DNA of 63,649 nucleotides, the filler included. It is 5 parts of 5 records of this genome, joined end to end, with 100 filler letters (N's around TTAATTAATTAA, not from the genome) between each part and the next. Parts side by side here need not be neighbours in the genome. Positions count along the whole stretch, not along the records: positions 56,481 to 63,649 come from DRR378314_472; 4 more parts are not named here. One strand, given 5' to 3'. The notes beneath the pieces are model-generated. The model ran no database searches. It saw only the letters and a list, made by a program, of their open reading frames with translations, and was not told the origin of the DNA. The translations under genes were made by a program, and so were the position numbers. Numbering within the stretch: position 1 is the first letter of the stretch; each line of letters begins with the position of its first letter. Shown piece by piece: positions 58,110 to 63,649 of this stretch.

Positions 58110-60144
58110 TGAATAAGTTACGATAGCAGCGATATAGCCGCTGCTTCCATGTAAGCATGTGTTTTTGAGACTTAACTTGTTCTAATTTAGCCTGCTCCAA
58201 CAGGCTGACTACCGTTTCAGCATTACACAGCTGTCGAGAGCCGGGATCGACATAGCTTGGGTATAGCAGCAGTGTTCCTGCGACTAGCGCATCCAGCGAC
58301 AGCGCCCGGTTGCGTCGTGGGCAGTGCATGGCATCCTGGGTTAGCCCCCAGCCAGCGTAAAACGGAAGGCCATAGGTGCATACCTGGCGTCGACGAAGTA
58401 GCGCTTCAAAGCCAGTGAGCGAGCTCATGGTATGCACCGCATCAACGCGTGCTAACAATACGGTGATATCGATATGACTAGCGTCGAGATCATACAGGCG
58501 TTTGGCGTTGGTATCGAGTGCTCCGACACGGGCACCGGTAATCACGTCAGGGTGGGCTTTGTAAACGATGAAAGCCTCGGGGTTGGTGTCCCGTACGGCT
58601 TTTAACAGCGCACTGTTAGTACTTATCTCTGGCGACCCTGTGGCAATTGACGCATCGCTTTCTACCTGGCCAGGCACCAAAATAATGTGTTTGTTGGCGG
58701 GCAATTCAATGGCTGCTTTGCCCGGTACATTATATTTGGAAAGCTTCAATGCGACCAACCGTTCGCGCAATCGTTCCGCTCGCTCTAATAAGTCATCGCT
58801 GAAATCAGCGCTATTGAGCAACGTTTCTAGCTCGCTGGGCTGGCTTGGGTCGTAGTAAATGCCCTGTCGATCAATGACCAAAGAGAGTGGCTGAGTGAGG
58901 TCTACCCCCAGGCCCACGGAGCGTATAAAGCCGTCCTCCATTCGCCATAGTGCCGCTATATGGTCACGGTGGCGGGCTTTAAAGTCATCGTTAATACGGC
59001 TGGACCACACCAGTAGGTTGGGTTTTTCAACATCCGTTGAGAAAGCGGCTGGCAACTCTTTTTGATATTCAATGCTTGCCGCTGGGCCAAGAAAGTGGCC
59101 AATGAAGCGCTTCTTCCATGAAGAGAAGCCACAGGCTAACCACTCACCACGCAGGCGCTCTTGCTGACGCTTTTGGTCGGCAATCAGAGCAATCGTTTCT
59201 TCCAGCGTCGCGGCCTTGCCTGTGTAGGGGTTGGCATATCGGGTGTAACGAAGATAGGCGGCGGCAAATACCTCTTCCAAACGCCGAGAGACTCTTCTAC
59301 GTGTACAACTGAGCTGATCGTGCGTTAATCCCCATCTCGCATAGAAGGGCAGGCCAAAGCAGTGCACTTGCTTACCGGCCATCAAGGCTTCGAAACCTAA
59401 CTGGCTGGTGACGACATAAACGGTTTTGACTCGGTCAAACAGTGCCCAGGGGTTAATGTTATCGCTGATGATATGGCAACGAGGGTGATCGTGAGCATCT
59501 GCTAGATGCCCCTGCTTTTTGCCTGCGATAACGTCAGGATGTACTTTAATAAAAATATCGGCATCAGGGTGGTTGTTTAAAGCGCACGCTAACATTTGCC
59601 GAAAACTGTCTGCGTTAGCGCCGCCATAGTGAATAGAGGCATCGCCTGCCGTTTGATCCACCACTAATACATTGTTAGTCCCAGAGACAGTGTCAGTCCC
59701 AGCAACAGGAAGCGAGTAATCAGGCGCGTGGTTGTATTTCGATAAGCGATAACGCGATAGTTGCTCAATGCAGCGCGTGGCCTGGGCAAGCTCTTCGGCG
59801 TCAAAGGTGGCATGATTGAGCCAGTTTTCTAAATCACTAGGTCGAGAGGCGTCATAATAGATGCCCGTGTAATCGACGACCATGCTATGCGGCTGATAGC
59901 CTTCGACGCCTAGTCCTAAAGAACGAAGAAAGCCATCCTCAAGAGCGACATACGGAAGGCGGTGACGAGCGGCATAATGGCGAGCACCATCACTTGTGGG
60001 TTTGAGCCCCCAGCCAATCACCGCATTCGGTTTCGAGCTCAGTGGCCTAATGCGTGAAAAATGCGAGTATTCAGGCAAAAAAGAAGCAAGCGCGTTGATC
60101 TTGGTAATACCGGGAGATGTATAGCCTGCTATTAGTTTTGCCAT
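58096..60144 (-). CDS. kpsC: Capsular polysaccharide biosynthesis protein KpsC (WcbA/LipA-like), two GT modules
   Basis: Duplicated EDGFxRS..GIYYD..SKYN..Q..DASI..KxHPD..GFEAL..GLPFYAxWGLTxD. Confidence 0.92.
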   Translation of the reverse strand: MAKLIAGYTSPGITKINALASFLPEYSHFSRIRPLSSKPNAVIGWGLKPTSDGARHYAARHRLPYVALEDGFLRSLGLGVEGYQPHSMVVDYTGIYYDASRPSDLENWLNHATFDAEELAQATRCIEQLSRYRLSKYNHAPDYSLPVAGTDTVSGTNNVLVVDQTAGDASIHYGGANADSFRQMLACALNNHPDADIFIKVHPDVIAGKKQGHLADAHDHPRCHIISDNINPWALFDRVKTVYVVTSQLGFEALMAGKQVHCFGLPFYARWGLTHDQLSCTRRRVSRRLEEVFAAAYLRYTRYANPYTGKAATLEETIALIADQKRQQERLRGEWLACGFSSWKKRFIGHFLGPAASIEYQKELPAAFSTDVEKPNLLVWSSRINDDFKARHRDHIAALWRMEDGFIRSVGLGVDLTQPLSLVIDRQGIYYDPSQPSELETLLNSADFSDDLLERAERLRERLVALKLSKYNVPGKAAIELPANKHIILVPGQVESDASIATGSPEISTNSALLKAVRDTNPEAFIVYKAHPDVITGARVGALDTNAKRLYDLDASHIDITVLLARVDAVHTMSSLTGFEALLRRRQVCTYGLPFYAGWGLTQDAMHCPRRNRALSLDALVAGTLLLYPSYVDPGSRQLCNAETVVSLLEQAKLEQVKSQKHMLTWKQRLYRCYRNLFIGSH

Positions 60145-60451
60145 GAAAGAGCCGAAATAGTGTCAAAAACAAGCGGAAATATAAACGCAAACAATTAAAG
60201 CGGCGAACATACGTGAAAAGGTCTAGCTTATCAATTAAGCCTAAAGTGGTCTTACGGTAAGAGGGTTCCTTGTTACATAATGATACATATCAAAAGCACA
60301 ACCACGTTGAATTTCACCAACGCGCACTTCTACCTCCATTTTGGTAAGTTGTCGGTTTATAACGCGATTGGGGCAGGCTCATTGAACGAGGACGTAGCAA
60401 ACGTTAATAAAATGGTGGTGATTGGTGCGTCTGGCTGCTGCCTGCAAACGA

Positions 60452-62467
60452 TCGATGTTTAGGAAATCGATGCTGAGTAAATCAATCCTTAGTTCTTTAA
60501 AAGGCCGGCTGCTGCTGGGGCTTTTGTGTGCGCTGTTGATACTGGCTGGGTTGGTATTAGGGATGGCGTGGCAGGTGGGCAAAACCATGGTGCAAGAAGC
60601 GAATATGGCCCACATGCGTTATGAAGCCGACCTGATTGCGGACGAAGTTACCCAGCAAATCGACCACCGCTTTCAAGCGTTAGAGCGACTAAGCGACATC
60701 CTTGGAATGTCGAATGACCCTGAATGGCTTGGCTATGAGCTGCGCAAAAACGATGCACTATTGGCATGGTTCGACGCTATCGTTGTCAGCAATAGCAACG
60801 GCAGAATTGTGTCTGATTGGCCAGCAGTGGCGGGGCGTGTAGGCCTTGAAACAGCAGAACTTGAATATTTTAGAATGCTCAGAGGCACGCGAAGGCCTTA
60901 TGTGAGCGAGCCGTTTGTTGGTCGGGCTAGTGAAATGCCAATGGTGTTAGTCAGTGTGCCCCGGCTAGACATCGATGGGCGGTTCGCGGGCATGATTGGC
61001 GGGGTCGTCAGTTTAAATAGCAGTGGATTATTCAAACGCCTAGCAACCATTCGATTGGGTAGTGAAGGTTATGCCGCGGTTTCTACTGCAACGGGCCAAG
61101 TATTATACCACCCGAATAGGGCGCTCATTAACAACGATAGCTTTGATGCAACGACTATCCCGCTGTTGGACTTAGCGCTCGATGGCTGGCAGGGCGATGG
61201 CGTTGGTAAGTTGCTTGATGGCCGAGTGGGTCTACAGTCCTATGCGCAGGTATGGTCGGCGAACTGGGTGGTAGGGCTTTACCTTCCTCTAAAGCAAGCT
61301 CAATTACCGCTATCTGGTTTTATCCATAAGCTATGGTGGATTTGGTGCGCCGCTGCGGTCTTAATGATGCCTGTTTTATGGTGGTTGCTGGCACGTATTT
61401 TAATGCCATTAAATCTGCTGGAAACACAAATTGATGAAGTAGGGCTTGGCCGCCGTTCAGGCGTTGATCTTGCGACCAATATGCAAGAGCTAAAACAAGT
61501 GGCCAGTACCTTTAATCGTGTTGAGAACGAGCGTCAGCAGCTCGTTGGGCATCTTCAAGAGCGTGAAGCATTTTTGGATTCGGTGCTCAATGCCTCGCCC
61601 CAAGGAATGTTTGTAGCTGACTTTGGCGGCGACATTACCTATATGAACCCCGCACTATTAGATATCTTGGGTATTGAGCCTGATCTGCCTATGGAAGCTT
61701 GGCTTGAGCAAATCCATATAGATGATCGTTCCGGCGCGAAAGATATGTGGATGCATAGCTTAAAAACCGGCAATGACTATGTGCGTCAACTGCGCTTTAT
61801 ACGCAGTGACAAAGAGATGCTTTGGCTTGAGATTCACGCCCGTGTGGTCATGCTTTCCCAGGGGGGGAACTCGCTTGGCCTGGTGGGTGTGGTAAAAGAC
61901 ATTACCGAACGCCGAGAGCAGGAAGCACTTCAACGTTGGGAAGCCGAGCATGATCCATTAACTGGCCTGCTCAACCGCCGTGGTTTTGAGCGTCGTCTTG
62001 AAGAGGCCTTTGCCGACTTCCGGAAAACCAGCACGCCGTCAGCGCTGCTACTGTTCGACCTTGATCACTTCAAGCCGATTAACGATGAAGGTGGGCATGC
62101 GTTAGGGGACGAAATGCTGCGCCGTATTGCCCAGGTAGTCGCGTGGGAGGTTCGCCGCAGCGACCACGTAGCACGCCAAGGTGGTGATGAGTTTGGGGTG
62201 CTGCTGCCGAGCTGTACCTTAGGACAGGCAGAACGCATTGCTGAATCGCTACGCCAAGCGGTGAGCGAAGTGTCGGTTTCCCATGAAGGCAAAGAGTACA
62301 CCGTGACATTGAGTATTGGGGTGACCAGCTTCGATGAGAACGACACTAACTACAACGTGGCACTTTCCCGAGCGGATGCCGCCAGTTACGAAGCCAAAGG
62401 GCATGGACGTGACAGCGTGGTGGTCAAACTGCCAAAGGCACTAGACCCAATGTCGTTATTTGAATAA
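60452..62467 (+). CDS. Membrane sensor diguanylate cyclase (TM-dCache-TM-HAMP-like-PAS-GGDEF); start uncertain (60452 or 60470)
   Basis: Two TM helices flanking a Cache-like YF..PYVSEPF domain; PAS ending KDITERR; DPLTGLLNRR, DLDHFK.IND..GH..GD and RQGGDEF. Confidence 0.92.
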   Translation, partial: SMFRKSMLSKSILSSLKGRLLLGLLCALLILAGLVLGMAWQVGKTMVQEANMAHMRYEADLIADEVTQQIDHRFQALERLSDILGMSNDPEWLGYELRKNDALLAWFDAIVVSNSNGRIVSDWPAVAGRVGLETAELEYFRMLRGTRRPYVSEPFVGRASEMPMVLVSVPRLDIDGRFAGMIGGVVSLNSSGLFKRLATIRLGSEGYAAVSTATGQVLYHPNRALINNDSFDATTIPLLDLALDGWQGDGVGKLLDGRVGLQSYAQVWSANWVVGLYLPLKQAQLPLSGFIHKLWWIWCAAAVLMMPVLWWLLARILMPLNLLETQIDEVGLGRRSGVDLATNMQELKQVASTFNRVENERQQLVGHLQEREAFLDSVLNASPQGMFVADFGGDITYMNPALLDILGIEPDLPMEAWLEQIHIDDRSGAKDMWMHSLKTGNDYVRQLRFIRSDKEMLWLEIHARVVMLSQGGNSLGLVGVVKDITERREQEALQRWEAEHDPLTGLLNRRGFERRLEEAFADFRKTSTPSALLLFDLDHFKPINDEGGHALGDEMLRRIAQVVAWEVRRSDHVARQGGDEFGVLLPSCTLGQAERIAESLRQAVSEVSVSHEGKEYTVTLSIGVTSFDENDTNYNVALSRADAASYEAKGHGRDSVVVKLPKALDPMSLFE

Positions 62468-62605
62468 CGGTGGCATTTGAATTGCATTTGGCCTTTGCGT
62501 CTTCGGGTTAGTCTTCTATTAAGACCCTTATTTATTCCCATCAGTCGACAAACCCCGAGTGACGGTAGAATATAAGCGCCTGCTTATTCGAATGAGAGTG
62601 CTTTC

Positions 62606-63553
62606 GTGAACCTACTTGAGCTATTTTCCCGCACGCTGGATATCACGTTACCTGTTTTTACCATGGTGTTCGTCGGCATCGGCTTAAAGCGCCTAAAGTG
62701 GATCGACAGAGAATTTGTTTCCACAGCGTCCGCTCTCGTCTTCAAAGCAACGCTCCCCACGCTGATTTTTTTGAGTTTAATAAAAGCCGACCTAAGCGTG
62801 GCGTTAGATGTTCCTTTGCTGCTGTTTTTTGCCGCCGCGACACTCGGCCAATTCCTGATCAGTTGGCTATGGGCGAGCTATCGGGTGCCTAAAGCCGACC
62901 GCGGTATTTATGTTCAGGGTGCGTTCCGGGGTAACTGCGGTATCGTCGGGTTAGCACTAGCGGCGGGAATGTACGGTAACTACGGGCTTTCTGCCGGTAG
63001 CCTGCTACTTGGCGTGGTGATTGTGATGTATAACGCGCTTTCGGTGGTGGCTCTGGCAGCTTACCAACCAGGGCAATCGACAAATTGGCGCAGCCTGTTA
63101 AAGCATATCGTCACTAATCCACTGATTATTTCTGTGATCGCCGCGCTGCCCTTCACAGCGTTTTCGATTCCACTGCCCAGTTGGCTGATTACCTCAGGCG
63201 ATTACTTCGCCTCGTTAACGTTACCGCTAGCATTGATCTGTGTCGGCGCCACGCTCTCGGTCGCCACCATGCGCAGCGGCAGCCAAATCGCATTAAGCGC
63301 CAGTAGCATGAAAATGATTGTGCTGCCGCTGCTCTCCACGCTAGCCGCATGGGCGGTGGGGTTCTCTGGAGAGCAGCTCGGGCTGTTATTTCTATTCTTC
63401 GCCAGCCCAACCGCCGCCGCCAGCTTTGTCATGGTAAAAGCAATTAACGGCAATGTAGCGCTGGCCGCCAATATCATCGCGATAACCACCTTAATGGCCA
63501 GCGTCACCGTCACCAGCGGTATCTTTGTGCTGCGCCTGCTAGGATGGATTTAA
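62606..63553 (+). CDS. AEC (auxin efflux carrier)-family transporter
   Basis: LVFKATLPTLIF, FRGNCGIVGL, NPLII, PLALICVGA and SPTA; about 10 TM segments. Confidence 0.9.
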   Translation: MNLLELFSRTLDITLPVFTMVFVGIGLKRLKWIDREFVSTASALVFKATLPTLIFLSLIKADLSVALDVPLLLFFAAATLGQFLISWLWASYRVPKADRGIYVQGAFRGNCGIVGLALAAGMYGNYGLSAGSLLLGVVIVMYNALSVVALAAYQPGQSTNWRSLLKHIVTNPLIISVIAALPFTAFSIPLPSWLITSGDYFASLTLPLALICVGATLSVATMRSGSQIALSASSMKMIVLPLLSTLAAWAVGFSGEQLGLLFLFFASPTAAASFVMVKAINGNVALAANIIAITTLMASVTVTSGIFVLRLLGWI

Positions 63554-63561
63554 CTGCGCGG

Positions 63562-63590
63562 TTGGCTGACACTCTCCAACACGCTATACT
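63562..63590 (+). promoter_or_regulatory. Putative sigma70 promoter of the tRNA
   Basis: TTGGCT-17 nt-TATACT followed by a GC-rich discriminator (gcgcccc). Confidence 0.5.
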
Positions 63591-63603
63591 ATGCGCCCCA
63601 TAA

Positions 63604-63649
63604 GTCCCTGTAGCTCAGTAGGATAGAGCAGCCGCCTCCTAAGCGGCAG
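63604..63649 (+). tRNA. tRNA-Arg (anticodon CCT), 5' part, truncated by the window end
   Basis: GTCCCTG-TA-GCTC-AGTAGGATA-GAGC-A-GCCGC-CTCCTAA-GCGGC: D arm and anticodon arm. Confidence 0.92.

Noticed and set aside
60321..60340. GGAGGTAGAAGTG on the minus strand upstream of kpsC resembling an ops element
   Set aside because: Mismatch to GGCGGTAG and wrong downstream spacing; no JUMPstart hairpin seen.

Overview
This window is not one locus. It is five contigs joined by 100-nt N linkers that contain TTAATTAATTAA (13114-13213, 35376-35475, 42274-42373, 56381-56480). (1) 1-13113: a Roseobacter-group/Rhodobacteraceae-like chromosome segment with xseB, petP/petR-like MarR and OmpR genes, ilvE, a small AT-rich HEPN-like gene pair, a cyclase-family gene, cobO, a DMT transporter, aroC, a GAF histidine kinase, TPP riboswitch-thiBPQ and FMN riboswitch-ribH2. 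(2) 13214-35375: an intron-rich microbial eukaryote with an ABC transporter, an unassigned gene, a 4-exon A1 aspartic protease carrying a saposin-like insert, a POT/MFS transporter and the C-terminal half of lipin/PAH1. (3) 35476-42273: eukaryote-like DNA that I could mostly not assign. (4) 42374-56380: the GC-rich gammaproteobacterial (Alcanivorax-like) core cluster tsf-pyrH-frr-uppS-cdsA-dxr-rseP-bamA-skp-lpxD-fabZ-lpxA-lpxB-rnhB-dnaE. (5) 56481-63649: Halomonas-like kpsC-kpsS-SDR capsule genes, a Cache/PAS-GGDEF cyclase, an AEC transporter and a partial tRNA-Arg(CCT). Taxonomic labels are my impression from gene content and sequence style, not search results. I saw no CRISPR array, prophage or transposase, and no clearly new multi-gene system. 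The best leads are the HEPN-like pair with a small partner, the compact swaposin insert in the eukaryotic protease, and the long P3 arm of the TPP riboswitch.
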